Below are positions 22,861 to 35,896 of a stretch of 64,000 bases of DNA, in pieces. The DNA lies in contig MU053588.1 in NCBI GenBank assembly GCA_013239625.1, positions 2,738,508-2,802,507 of the forward strand, given 5' to 3'. Position numbers and translations under genes: made by a program. Each line of letters starts with the position of its first letter. Positions within the stretch are counted from its first letter, which is position 1. Origin of the DNA: Lama guanicoe. Taxonomy: Eukaryota. Under the pieces are notes generated by a model. It made no database searches, had not been told where the DNA came from, and worked only from the letters and a program-made list of their open reading frames with translations.

Positions 22861-25800
22861 GGTGGATCCTGGCTTTCGGTGCAGGGGAGATACTGGATTG
22901 GGGGCTTTGGTTCCGAAGATGAGGAAGGTCTTGGGGGGTGTAGAGGATTCTGAAGCCTAGGGCTCGGAAACCGGAAGCCGTGGTTTCTGGAGCCGAAGAC
23001 AGACGGAAGAACGAGAGGTTTTCTATTCTGGGGTTGAGGAGGGTCTTGGAAATGGTGATTTTAGGGTTTGAAGCTGGGGAGGCTTGGGAGCTGTGTTAGC
23101 CCAGCCTATGGGCTGGGCATTGGGAGCTGTTTTCAGAGCTGGGGAAGGAGTGACCAGGTGCTTAGGGCTGGGAGAGTTTTGAGGATGGAGGATCCTGGAG
23201 TTTGCTGCTGGATGAGGTACCGAGAATTCTTATATTTGATACTGGAATGGGTTGGTAAAATGGAGTGCTGGTGTCTGGCTGGGGAAGGTCTGATGGACTG
23301 TGTGTTCTGGTGTTCCGCTGGTGAGCATTTAGAGGATGTGGGAGACTACTGTATATTGTACTATGATGGACCCACATCTGTGTGAGGATGGCCTGGGGGA
23401 CGCTGAGGTCCAGGGCTGAAAGGCCAACCTTGAGGCAGGGGCAACCTGGTATCTGGTGCTGGCAATATGGGGACCTTCTGGTTGACTTCTAGAGGGAGGT
23501 ATATGGAAACTTGGTGTCCAGAGGCTGGTGGAGGACAGAAGGGTGATTCACTGGATGAGGGACCTGGAGGTCTAGAGCTCGGACGGCTCTAAGGACATAA
23601 CACAGTGGCCACTGTAAATAGTATAGGTTGTTTGGAGAACAAAGGTAGCTGGGAGTGGGATGGAGTAGATAATAAGCTGGTGGAGTTTGAAGTCAATGGA
23701 GTACCTGGGGGATAGAGAATTCTTGTGTCCAGCACAGGAGTATGTAGCTGATCTGGCAGATATAGGGGAGAGGAGAGCACGTAGGATGTGGAAAGTGAAA
23801 GAAAACCTATTGACTTGGCTGGGGGCCTCAGGGTGGAGTAGAGGGAGTGTTTCTGGGGCTGAGCATCTCCACGAGAGGGCTCCTTGGTCCCCAGAAGTAG
23901 TTGTGTGCCTTAGGATTGGAGGGGCCTCATGGGGTAGCAGGGAATCTCTGCATCAGCCAGAAGGTATGACTGAAGGAGAGGGGATGGAGTAAGTCTGATT
24001 TTCTAAGTAGAGGAGACCCTGGTATGGGAGGGAGTAAATCTGGAGTTTAAAAAGGGTGGCTTTCTAGCAGGACTAGGGAATGGGGATCGGAGAGATCGAG
24101 GAGTAAGTGGAAAGGACTCTGGCATCCAGAGTTTGTGTTATTTCTCTGAAAAGAAGATACCCTGAGCCATGGGGCTAAGAGGGAATGAGGTGAGCAACAG
24201 GGTCAGGGAAGAGACTAGATTTGGGGTTGACATTGGGTGTTTTCTTGTTCAAGAGAGATGGGATCTTCTGGAGCAGGGTAATCTGAGTGTAGATTTGGGG
24301 TAGAGGGCCATTGACTAGGACCCATGTGCTGGGAAGAGTACTTTCTATTTCGGAGATCTGTGAAGGAAGGAGGAGTTGCCCAGTGTGCCTATCTAGGGCA
24401 GGCGAGACCCTGGCAAGAATGCCTGGGAAGAAGGGCCAGTGACCCAGTGTCTCCAAAAGAGTGAGGTGCTTTAGAGCAGACTCTAGATTCAAATTTGGCT
24501 CCATGGCTTGAGCAAGTAACTTCACTTCTGTGAGCTCTGTTTTCTTTGTGTGTAAAGTAGGGATAATAATAGTACCCCCAGGATTGTTATGAATGAGATC
24601 ACATGTGTAAGGGGCTTAGCACTGGACCTGCCTATTATTCCAACTTGGATGTTTTAGCAGAGAAGGGCCCCAGAATCATACCTTCTCTGGGCGAGGCTGC
24701 CTCTGTGAGCATAGGAAAGATCCTCAGAAAGAGAGATGTGAGGCTTTTGTGGCAAGAACACTGCTTAGAGCTTGAAAGAAACAGAATGGTTTGAAAGGGC
24801 CCCCTGTATTCTAATTAAGGAGATTCTCTCTTCCTTTCTCCCCTACTCCCTATAACAAAATCCTTTGAGCTCTCTTTATACCCCTCTCCAACCCTTCCTT
24901 CAGCCCTGGTAAACAGACCTGTAGCAAACCACGTGATCTGTGACTTTTCCTCCCTTTGGGCTGCACCTGGTTTGTGCCCAGATATATTTGTCCTCTGAGA
25001 AAGGATCCAGTCAGTTAGTAGGCGGCAGAATAGTCTCTCCTTCCCTGTGGTTCTGCCTCACTGGTCCTGGCACAGCCACCACTAGGGCCCTGGAGGCACC
25101 TGGCAGAGCTTGCCCCTGGGGTGGAGAACCTGCTTACTCCTCACCCCAGGTTTCCAAGGTTCTCTTTAGGTTTGACTACAGGGTTCTCCTTGAGGAAGTT
25201 TTAGGTTTTAATCCCACCTCTGAGCTTTCACATGTGTTATCTCAACCCCAGGAATATTTTCTCCATTCTCATCACTGAATTATCACCTGTGTATTCTTTG
25301 AGTTGAGGCTTATTTGTTACTTTCTGAATCCCTGGTCTCAGCCCCTTGTACTTCTTTTGTAGCCCTTAACATGATCATAATTTTTGTGCTTAAGTATTTG
25401 TTTAATGTGTGTCTATCTCACTAAATCGAAGGCTTCAGTGAGGTAAGCTTATTCTCGGCTGTCTCCCAGCATCTGGTGTGTAGTATGCATTCCATGAATA
25501 GTTGGTATTATTATTTGCCCCACTTCAGTTAAGCTCCTCTTGGACCCACAGGACACCTTCCCCAAGCCCTTCTCATCCCACCTAATTCCAAAGATTTTAG
25601 GACTTACCTCTAATGAGACGGAGGCCACTATTATCATGACTCCTGTTTTCTTAACAGTTCCTTTCATTTCTTCCCCATTTCCCCTTCATCTGAGATGGTT
25701 ACCCCTTATCATTACAGCTATTTTAAGGTGGAAGAGATTTTTAAAGAGGGTAGGCTATGCAGGTGGAAATAGTGAATTGGGTTGGATAGAGGACTGGTTT

Positions 25801-26274
25801 GTAATCTGAACAATTTTTAAGGTTGTACTCTGAAGGTAACTCCCTAAGCATTATACCATGTCAGAGAATAGCTTGGCTGGTGGCTTTTAAACTGTGCTCC
25901 AGGGAGTCCCAGGTGTCTGGAGCTGCCCCCCACCCCTGCCCTAGTGGGGACTTAGAGGATGAAGTCAAGCTGGACTCCTTCTCTGATTGTCCCATTTCCT
26001 TGCTTCAGCTGGAGCAGTTCTGCTTCATTTGGTTTTGTATGTTGGGATTTCTTAGAACCCAGTCACAGATAGATCTCCAACCTTTTGAGGGGCAAGAAGG
26101 CACGTCCTCAGGCAACTGGGGCCCCTTACTGCATAGGTGGGTTTCCATCTGAAGGTGTTGTATACCTTTTAGCCTTTAGCAGACTGTCCCCAGTGGGGAT
26201 GGTGTTGTGTTGCATTAAAAAGCCACCCCTGGTCCCAAGAAGCACCCTTCTGACTGGCCATTTTTTGTTTTAAG

Positions 26275-26400
26275 ATGTCATGGACAATATTACCAGGCAG
26301 AACCAATTCTATGAGACCCAGGTCATCAAGCAAGAGAACGAGTCAGGCTATGAGAGGAGATCACTGGAAATGGAGCAGCAGCAGCAGACCTATCGCCCAG
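26275..26400 (+). CDS. HNRNPUL1: HNRNPUL1 exon 2, 126 nt
   Basis: ttaag|ATGTC...CCAG|gtagg; [41 protein letters not shown]. Confidence 0.95.
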
Positions 26401-28394
26401 GTAGGAAAGCAGGTATTTCTTTTGAAGGAAATAGAATCAATATGTGAGTGGCCCTTACCCTCTGCCTGGGGCCTCTCTTCTCGAAGAGACTTTGCATCTT
26501 CCTCTTGGGCAGTCCATTTGGGCTTTGTCAGTCTGGCAAGGTTTTCTGAAGGAAAGAACTTAGTCTCACTCCCAGGTGTTAGGAGTAGGGGTGTCTTCAA
26601 AGTGTCTGTTTCCAAATCTTAGTACCAACATCCTAGAGAGTTTGGCCTGGGGGCCAATACTTGAATCTTAACTTAGAATCTTAGAGTGTGGAAGCCAGGG
26701 CCTTCTAAATGTAGTCCAGTGTTTCCCATGTTCTGAATAATATTGTTTCAGGAAATCATACTAGCGACATCTTAGAAAAGAGTTCGTTGGTCAGACACAT
26801 CTGGAAAAAGCAACATATGGAGAGTCACTGTGCTCGTTAGAGTACTAAAGACTCTGAGAAGCCCTGGATTGAAAAAAAACCCTGTGTCACATTGTTTAAA
26901 CCCAGGGTTTCCCAAACGTGTGCACGTGTGTTTGTAGAACAGGGTTCCCTGTAATGCCAGTTTGAGAAACAATTGTAATCCCTCTCTCTCCCCATTTTTC
27001 AGATGGGGGAGGTAGCAGGGCTGAGGTCAGAACATGGGAAACTGGCTCCTGAGCCACTGCTCTTGGTTACTAAGGAGCATCCCTCACCAGTGTGTCCTAC
27101 TGTTTGGGAAGCAGAGTCTCACTGTTGAGTAATGACAGAGCCAGGACTGACTCTGTCTTGTACTCCTTCACTCTGCTGTGGCCTCAGTGCCTTTTCTTAG
27201 TGAATCTAGTTGATTCTATCTAATTCTATCCTGATTCATCCACAAACTGAAATCTCCGGACTTTTCTTGTGGGTGGCTCAGGATTTTAATGAATGTAGGT
27301 TAAACCATAGATTTGTGTCAGGCTCTGTGAGACTTGTAGGATCATCTGGCCCAAGGAGAGTATTTTTTTCTGCTGTTATTAACAGATGGTTATCGGGGCC
27401 TCCTGTGAGCCCAGCAATGTGCTGGGAACCATGGAAGCTTTCTTCACATGAGTGAATACCATCTCTACCCTGGATAACCAGGAGCCTTCTCTGAGAGAGT
27501 TGATCTGCCTGCCAAAGCCAGGGCGTGGCTTGAATGTTGAAATGTGTAGATGTGAGTGATCCACAGCATCAGGCATAGGTGCTGTGGGAGAAATGAGGAG
27601 AGGCTGAATTCACAGTTTGCTCTTGGTTAGGCACTGATTCTTGGAGTCTATGTGAGATTGGGACTTTCCTATGGTCCACAGCATGTTATCCCATCCTTAC
27701 TTCCTATCTGTGGTGTGACTTAATTGAGGCCGTAACACCTAGGGCTGGCTTATGTGCAGATCGTCCCTTCTGAAGTAATTCTGCACTTTGTGGTAGAGAG
27801 ATTAGAGCTGGTTAAATTACCTGTGGGACCGCAACACTGTTGAATTGACCTTCCCCCCCTCCATCGCTAGATTGAAGAAGCTTTGTAAGAACTGAAGTGG
27901 AGATTCTTTGGGAGGAGAAATTGAAGAATGTAGAATCATGGAATCGCAGAATTTAAACGGATCTTAGAAATCTTTCAGGGCTCCTTCCCACTTGGTGCAG
28001 GCCAGCTTTTATGGGGCCTTTGGCAAAGTAGCCAAGGCAGCCTTTTGCCTTTGGGTAGGCCCTTAATGAACTTGTCCTTGGTTAGTGCTGAAGTCCCCTC
28101 TCCCTCCCCATGAAGCCTGAGAGTTATCTGACTGACATCTGTCACGCCATCAACTGTCAGTGCTGATATGCCTAGATGGCCATCCTCAGCCTCCCTGTGG
28201 AGAGCCTTGTTCTCCAGCTCAGCCTTCTTTGCTCCCTCAGCAGGCTTCCATCAAACCCAGCAAGCTGCCTGTGCCTAGACTTTCATCACTGTAGTCAGGA
28301 TCCTGCCGATACCTCCTGAAGTAAAGGGGACCAGAAAAGTGATAGCTGAGGAGTTTCTGAGTGTCTTGACCATCTGAATTTGTCCTGACAGTAG

Positions 28395-28548
28395 AAGTGA
28401 AGACAGAGATGAAGCAAGAAGCACCCACTGGCTTCCTCCCACCCGATTCATCTCAACTCAAACCAGACAGACAGCAATTCCAGAGTCGCAAGAGGCCTTA
28501 TGAAGAAAACCGGGGACGGGGGTACTTTGAGCACCGAGAGGATAGGAG
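28395..28548 (+). CDS. HNRNPUL1: HNRNPUL1 exon 3, 154 nt (start may shift by 3 nt either way, tandem acceptor)
   Basis: cagtag|AAGTG...AGGAG|gtggg; [50 protein letters not shown]. Confidence 0.9.
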
Positions 28549-30361
28549 GTGGGTGTGTGAGGCAACCCTTTGTCCAGTAGGTCTCCACGTCTATAGCCCG
28601 GCACCCACTGGAACCTTTGTACTAACCAGGAGGGGCAGAGTTCTCCCTGCCCTTACATTCTCCACCAGTCCTTCCTGCACTCACTATCAGATTCAACTTT
28701 GCTAAACTTTTGGTCCTTCCCCCAGTCCCTCCCTTTCCATTACCTGGAGGGTGAAGTCCAAACACCTTGCGTTTACATGTGAGATTCAATCTGCTTTTCC
28801 AGTCCTTTGCCCCACTGCCCTGCAGTCCTGCACAGTATCCTGTCCTTAACGGTTGCGTGATACTCCTCCATTGAAAGAAAGATCTATTTGCTGACCTACT
28901 CCCAAACATACCCCTTCCATCCATCTACTCATTCATTTATCATCAGCACTTACAGTGCTTTTACAAGTTGCCCACCCTTGGGCTGGACACTGGAGACACA
29001 CAGATGATTTTCAGCAGTGAGTTTCGCCTTCTGTTGTTCCCAGTATAGGGATTGAGACACACATATACACTAGTAAGCCACAGTCTAGTGAGGTAGGTAG
29101 TCAGGGTGGGTGTGTCAGGAGCTCATGGGAGACAGTGGCCTCTGCCCTGGTCATTTTCTTTTCCCCTTTCTTTACAAGCCTTCCCTCCCTTCACCCCAGT
29201 CCCATCTCTACCCCTCCCACCTTTCCTCCTTCAGCTCCTGTGTGAGGCCTTTTCTAATCACATCACAGAAACTAGGAATGACCACTTATTTTCCCCTCAT
29301 CGTGGCTGGTCATCTGACACATTTTATTTCCTATCTGGTGGAGTCACTCTTCTAATTTGCTTGTGACTTTTTTTTTTAAGACAGGGCCTAGGTCTCATGG
29401 CTGTGGCTAATTTAGGAGATAGAATATACCTCTTATGAATTGCTCTCACTGACTCCTGCAGGACAGAGGCCTAGAGTGACTTACTGACAGAGAGCAGAGG
29501 AGGAACAATTGGTTTCATCCAGGGGTGGCAGAGAAAGCTTCCTAGGATGGACTCACCATGTGATGAGCTGCTTCTTCATACTGGGCTTCGTGCTAGCCCT
29601 GGACTGGCAGGGTGGAAAGGCATTCCACCAGAAGGGAGCCTGCTGCTGGGGAAGTGCCAGTGGCTTGATGGGTGTGGGACCCGATCGGGGCATATGGTGG
29701 ATGAAGGTCATCCAGACTGTTCTAGGCAGGACCCTGGGCATTAGACCCCGTGCTTCTATCCTTTACTCTTATTTCTATACGTTGGAAACCAGCAGTATTT
29801 TCATATAGTCCCTTTTTAGTATTTTGGTTGGAATGAATCTCGTTCATAATTTAGGACACTTTTGAAAGAGAAGGAATGAAAAAAATGGGTCATTTCAAAT
29901 CCTTTCAGATACGGAGTTTTTGAAAGCCTGGAATATGGACAGATTGTAATAACTGGTGTTTGTCTAGCTCTTATGCACTCCCCTTCCTGGCCCAGTACCC
30001 TACCGTAGCCTCCCATCAGTAACAGAGTCCAGTACGCAGGCAATTCGCACACGTAGAGGATATGAATCAGAATCTGGGGGTGTGAGCGAAGAGTCTTTGA
30101 AAAAGCTCTATAAACGATTCTGATGGCCTCCTAACAGAGCACGCCCTCTCCGGTCTCTGTCCCCACCTTAGGAGTTAACAGTCAGTGCTCTCCTTGCAAG
30201 GATATAGGGTTCCAGAATTCTTCTGCTAACCTCTGTGAGAAGAACTTGAAATCCAGGAAGCAGCCTGAAAGCCACTTACAAATTCCGGCAGAACCTTCAG
30301 TTCCCTTCCTCTGTGCTTGTCCAGCTGTTCTTGTGTGACTTAATACTTCTTTATGACACAG

Positions 30362-30435
30362 GGGCCGCTCTCCTCAGCCTCCTGCTGAAGAGGATGAAGA
30401 TGACTTTGATGACACCCTTGTTGCCATCGACACAT
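30362..30435 (+). CDS. HNRNPUL1: HNRNPUL1 exon 4, 74 nt
   Basis: cacag|GGGCC...ACAT|gtgag; [24 protein letters not shown]. Confidence 0.95.
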
Positions 30436-32008
30436 GTGAGTCCTTGGAGTCTTTATCTGATTCCGCATTCCAGTCAGTACTGGGAAACTGTACCTTGACC
30501 TTCACAGAATCTCTGCCCAGTACCATCCAGAGCCAGTGTTAGTTCTGATGTGAGAAACGGCAGCTCTGGAGCAAGGGTGCTGGTTTGGAGGCAGAAGTTC
30601 TGCTCCCACCTCTAGATGTGAGATTCTGGGCAAGTCATTCTACTTCTTGGGACTTCTCTTCAGGGAGGAGTAATCCAGCCCTGATACCTCAGAGAACTTT
30701 CAGTGACACTCATCAGAGTGGATACAAGTGCCATTTGGAAAACCCTGAACACCCTGTAAATACAGAGGGTTGTCATCTAATCAGGAAGGGAACCTGAGTG
30801 CTGCTGGGGAAACTTAACTCTTTGACAGCCATTTCCCCAGTTTCCATCAGCTGCTCACGTTCCTGGTAAAATCAGTGCTGCTTTGCCTTCTCAGGCGTTA
30901 ACCTGGCTTGCCGTGCTCTCTGTCCTCCAGTTCAGTTTTTTTTCCTCTGGATAAGAGGCATTCCCCTTTACTGCACATCTAAACTCCTAGGGGAATGAAT
31001 ATAGAGATCTTGTTCCTCCTCAGACATCCTAAGACAGAATCTAAGTGTAGAGCCTATGAATCCAAGTTTATAAATGCACCCAGAAGCCCAGTCAGGTCTG
31101 AGAGCTGCGCTTTTCAACAGAGCAGAACGTTAACAGCAGTTCATTCGTGTGTTTCTTTTCATAACTCATGTTTATAGAGCAGTGGCTACATACTTTGGAA
31201 GAGGTAAAGACATCTCGTACAGTCTCTTCTATCACAAGATTTCAAAGACAGTATACCCAGAGTAAAGCTAAATGTTTTTTAAAGTTGGGTGGCAGTGGTC
31301 CATGAAGCAACATCTGATTAGATTAAATGCCAAATGTACAGACCATGGCACTCAGCCTTTTGAGAAAGGAGAAAGCCTACTGGATGAGATGATCAGGAAA
31401 GACTCTCCTGAAGGCATGAGAGGCTCCTTAAAGAGTAGGGAGAGTCCAAGCTACAGCAGCAGAGCCCTGGGCCCACATGAGGAGGTGGGAGCCTGTGGTA
31501 CACCTGACAGTGGTTCTGGGTGGTGAGTATGGATCAGGGTCAGATGTTTGTTCAGCTGTTGGCAGCAGGAGTCTGGCTCCCACACACATAGTTAGCACAG
31601 AAGATGGTTGAAATGTGTGGCAGTGGGGATTAGCCTTTCCTAAGTTCTAAAATCCCTTGAAATTGGTGAGGATTTGGAACCCTCTTACTAGCAAGCATAC
31701 ATCCCCATAAAAGGCATGTGTACAGTTTCTAGGGGTCCCCCTGACAGCCATCCTTGGACCCCAACCAGATGAAGAACCCTAGTTCCTATGTGAAATGGTT
31801 GCTTTTATCCTGTGCAGGCCAGTTTTCAGTAGTCCAGGGCCTTTCTACTAAAAAGGAGAATGGTAAGGTGGTATAGCTGGTTTCTCATGAACCTATCCCC
31901 ACAATGTGTCAGCTTGTGTACTCCTGGCTAACACTCTTGGGGAACTTACCTCTGCCAGTGCCTGTCTCTCTCTTGGGACCATTAAACATCAGCCTTTGTT
32001 TTCCACAG

Positions 32009-32148
32009 ATAACTGTGATCTCCACTTCAAGGTGGCCCGAGACCGGAGTAGTGGCTACCCACTCACAATTGAAGGCTTTGCATACCTGTGGTCAGGAGCC
32101 CGTGCCAGCTATGGGGTCAGAAGGGGCCGTGTGTGCTTTGAGATGAAG
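32009..32148 (+). CDS. HNRNPUL1: HNRNPUL1 exon 5 (SPRY), 140 nt
   Basis: cacag|ATAAC...AAG|gtgag; [46 protein letters not shown]. Confidence 0.96.
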
Positions 32149-32442
32149 GTGAGTGGGAACAACAGAGGAGACAGGGACAGAAAGCCAATCCATCCTTTGG
32201 AATAGCCTGTCACCAGCCACCTTGGTCAGAGCCGTGATAGCAGAAGAGATTTGACTGAAAATAGACTTTGTGTCCAAACAAAAAAAATATATAATGAATT
32301 CAAGAGAACTATACCATTGCTAAACATTATATGGGAAAAACAGGCCGGCCATACATTGCTTCATCAAGCATATTTTCCTTGGTGGGATTTGACCCAGGTA
32401 TTATACAACCAGCCATTTTAGGGGTGACATGTTTGCAGAACT

Positions 32443-32478
32443 GGGAAAAGGAGTTGTTTAGGGAAAAGGAGTTGTTTA
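32443..32478 (+). repeat. Perfect 18-bp tandem duplication
   Basis: gggaaaaggagttgttta twice (32443-32460, 32461-32478). Confidence 0.9.
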
Positions 32479-33738
32479 GAAAAAAAGTGGGCTAGAAAGA
32501 ATGGATTTGGGCAACACCAGTTAAATGGAAGCCAGAGGGAGAGCTGGGCAAAGAAAGCTTCTGCCATTAGGCCATCCTCTACCATCATCTCTCCACAGTT
32601 TCATGTCATGTTTATGAAAATAACACATGCTCGTGTGTAACACAAGTTCAGATGGCACAGAAGAATATAGGGTTAAAAAGCAAGGTTATACTCACATCCT
32701 CCCAGTCCCCATCCTACCTTCTAGAGATAACTTACATGTTAACAATTTCTTGTATAGACTTTGTATATTTAAACTTACTTATGATTGTATTTGTATTTGC
32801 ATTTGATAGATACGCCAGGTTCTTTACATGGTTATTTCTGTTAATCCTCATAGTATCATCATGAAATAGATACTGTTATACCCGTTTTTTAAGAGGTGAA
32901 AGTTGAGACCAAGGGTTATCATATTTGATTGGCTAAGACCATTAATTCTAAGTTGCACATTGTTTTGTGTGCTACTCATAAAGAAATGCTGCCAGTTAAA
33001 CTGCCACAGTGCTTTCTTATCACATCAATTGTAAGATATATCCGGATTTGGGGGATGTTAAAATGTGAAAAATGTACATCCAGAAGTCAGTGAAATAGGG
33101 TAACTTTCCAAAAGCCACAAACAAATACAGATAAATAGGCAGTCTAACCTCTAACTTAATTAGAGGTTAAGTCAGAAGGTGCTTTTTATTCTTCTTCTTT
33201 TACTTAGTACTGTATCTTGGACATTTTTCTATACCAGTATATCCCCTGCCTCATTTTTAACTGCTGTGTCATATTCTGTGGCTTGGATGTGCCATCATGT
33301 GACCAGTGCCTTATTGATGGTTCTTTCTTCCCTTCCTTTCTTTCTGTCATATAAACAATGCCACACTGAGTATTTTTGTGTGTGGTTATAGGATAAACTG
33401 GAAGTTGAATTGCTTGGTTATAGAGCATGTGCCCTCCAAAGACGTTGTACCAATTTATGTTTCTACAACAGGTGTTCAGTCCCTGTTTCCCCTGCAGCAA
33501 GTGTTAAAACTAAAAAAAACTGTGTTTTGAAATACCTGTCTCTGGCCCTGCACTCTCCAGAGCCTTTTGGAAGCCCTGGTTTCAGTATAACAGGCTCTTC
33601 AGAGCAACTTAGATACTTTTTCCTCAGCAACAAAAACTGTTTCTGTTTTTTACGGTCTGTGCACTTCCCTCCTGTATTGCCTTGTAACCCACCAGCCTCC
33701 AGAGAATAATTCTGGGCCCTCTTGTTCTCTGTCCCCAG

Positions 33739-33838
33739 ATCAATGAGGAAATCTCTGTGAAGCACCTTCCTTCTACGGAGCCAGACCCACACGTTGTCCG
33801 TATCGGTTGGTCCCTGGACTCCTGCAGCACGCAGCTAG
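33739..33838 (+). CDS. HNRNPUL1: HNRNPUL1 exon 6 (SPRY), 100 nt
   Basis: cccag|ATCAAT...CTAG|gtaag; [33 protein letters not shown]. Confidence 0.96.
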
Positions 33839-35599
33839 GTAAGGGGAGATCAGTCAAGCAATCCAGAAGAGTAGAGCAAGTGGCTCTGTGCCTGGATTCT
33901 CATGCTTCCTAAGCTTCTCTTCCCAGCGTTGGACCTGGAACGGAACTACCTAGGGTGGAACAGACACAAGAATTAGGTATATGCCACTGCCCGACTTCAG
34001 GCGTACAAGTTTCAACTGGAAGATCACAGTCATATGACAACTTCTCTACCGAAAATTTATCCTTAATCTTTAAGAAGACGGTCCAAAGGTCTCTTTAGAA
34101 AACTGTTCCCTTAAAAAAAAAAAAAAAGGATCAGTTGTCTCCTGTTTTCAAACTATACTGAATGTAATAAGTTCCTCAAGCCCCATTAAGTTCTGCTGAG
34201 ATTTTTTGTCCAGAGCCTAACCCTGAGTAAAAGAGAAATCAGAGACCAGTGGGGCCAGGGCTGGTTGTCAGAGAGAAGCAGCGGCTGCCAAGTGGGAGGT
34301 TTTGAATTTTCATAGGACCCCAGGCCTCAATGACCTTCTGACCCCAAGTGACTGATTTCAGTGACCAATACTGAGACCTCCTTCCTTGGTCATATAAACA
34401 TTCTGATTATGAAAATAACATGAGCTCATTGTAAAAATTCAGGCCATTATAGAGGGTAAAAATGGAAATGCCCCTAGACTGTGAGATGATAACCAGTGTT
34501 AACATTTTCACCTGTGGTCTTCTGAAAAGCTCCTGTGTCCTTTGTGTATCTCAAATGGGGTATATTATGCGTACTATTCTGTTTGTTGCTTGATTGCTCT
34601 TTCCTACTTAGTATATGATGTATATATAAATTTTTTTTAAGTTGAGAGTTAGGTTTTATTCAGTGGACATTTCTGAGAACTTCTGATGGATATATTTTTG
34701 TAAATAAGTATAGCTCTTTTGACCACTGCATAATTTTTCATTTTATAGTTGTATCACTTATTTATAAATGCTTTGTAGATCATTTAAGTTAATTGCAGGT
34801 TTTTGCTATTAAACACTTGAGTTGTCCTTGTGTGTAATTAATCTGACTGGTCCTTAAAAGTAGAAATGCTAAGTCCAAAGGAGTGTACAGTTTTCTGTGA
34901 TATGCATTAGCACTTTTTAATTTAGGATTCATATGCCACCTTTTATTTTTGTTTCAGTTTTGAGATGTAAGTGAAGGGTAGTTGATATAGATAAAGATAC
35001 AAAGCCCAGAACAGTCACGCAGATGTCCAGGGTCACACAGCTGGTACATACAGGAACTGGGCCTGGAATTCATGCTTGTTGGCTCCTGGTTTTCTGGCAG
35101 AATGCTCCTTGGGTTCCTTGCCTAGGATTTGTCTATAACCCAGATGTCAGCCAGGGCCCTTGGGATCACATTCACATTGCTTCAGCCCCTGGTTCTGTAG
35201 CCTAAGGAAATCCAGTACCTTTCCTAGGGCTTAGACCTCATTGTCTGCAGGAGGGAAGTGCAGTCCCTTCACTACTTTATGACCAAAACTCACTGGCACC
35301 AAAAATTGACACCATTAGTAGACTTGACTGAATATTGAGTGTCACAGGGAAGGGTTGCATCTCAGCATACAGCCTTCCTCTATCCCAGCTCCTCTCTTCC
35401 CTCTTCCCTGTCTTTCCGAATTCTCCCCTTCTATGCAAAGCAGTTCAGTTCAGCTCCTACGCCCAGATTTAACAAATTAAACCCATCAAGACCTCAGAAG
35501 TTCTGCATAACGAAGTGCTTCCTTTCTACGGAACCTCCTTACCTTCCCCCCAAAAAGCATCTGATTAGTAAAACTAGTAAAGAAAGTGATTTTTTTTTT

Positions 35600-35677
35600 N
35601 NNNNNNNNNNNNNNNNNNNNNNNNNNNNNNNNNNNNNNNNNNNNNNNNNNNNNNNNNNNNNNNNNNNNNNNNNNNNN
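35600..35677. other. Assembly gap (78 N) in HNRNPUL1 intron 6
   Basis: run of N between poly-T flanks. Confidence 0.99.
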
Positions 35678-35783
35678 ACTTAAAAAAAATGATTTTTTTT
35701 TTTTCTTAAAAAGTATGTGACAGCCATAAAGGCTGTTGTGACCATCGCAGGTTTAACCTGCCTTTGCCTATTTCTTCCATCAG

Positions 35784-35896
35784 GCGAAGAGCCTTTCTCC
35801 TATGGCTATGGAGGCACTGGGAAGAAGTCCACCAATAGCCGGTTTGAAAACTACGGAGACAAGTTTGCAGAGAATGATGTGATTGGCTGCTTTGCG
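35784..35896 (+). CDS. HNRNPUL1: HNRNPUL1 exon 7 (SPRY), 113 nt
   Basis: atcag|GCGAA...GCG|gtgag; [37 protein letters not shown]. Confidence 0.96.
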
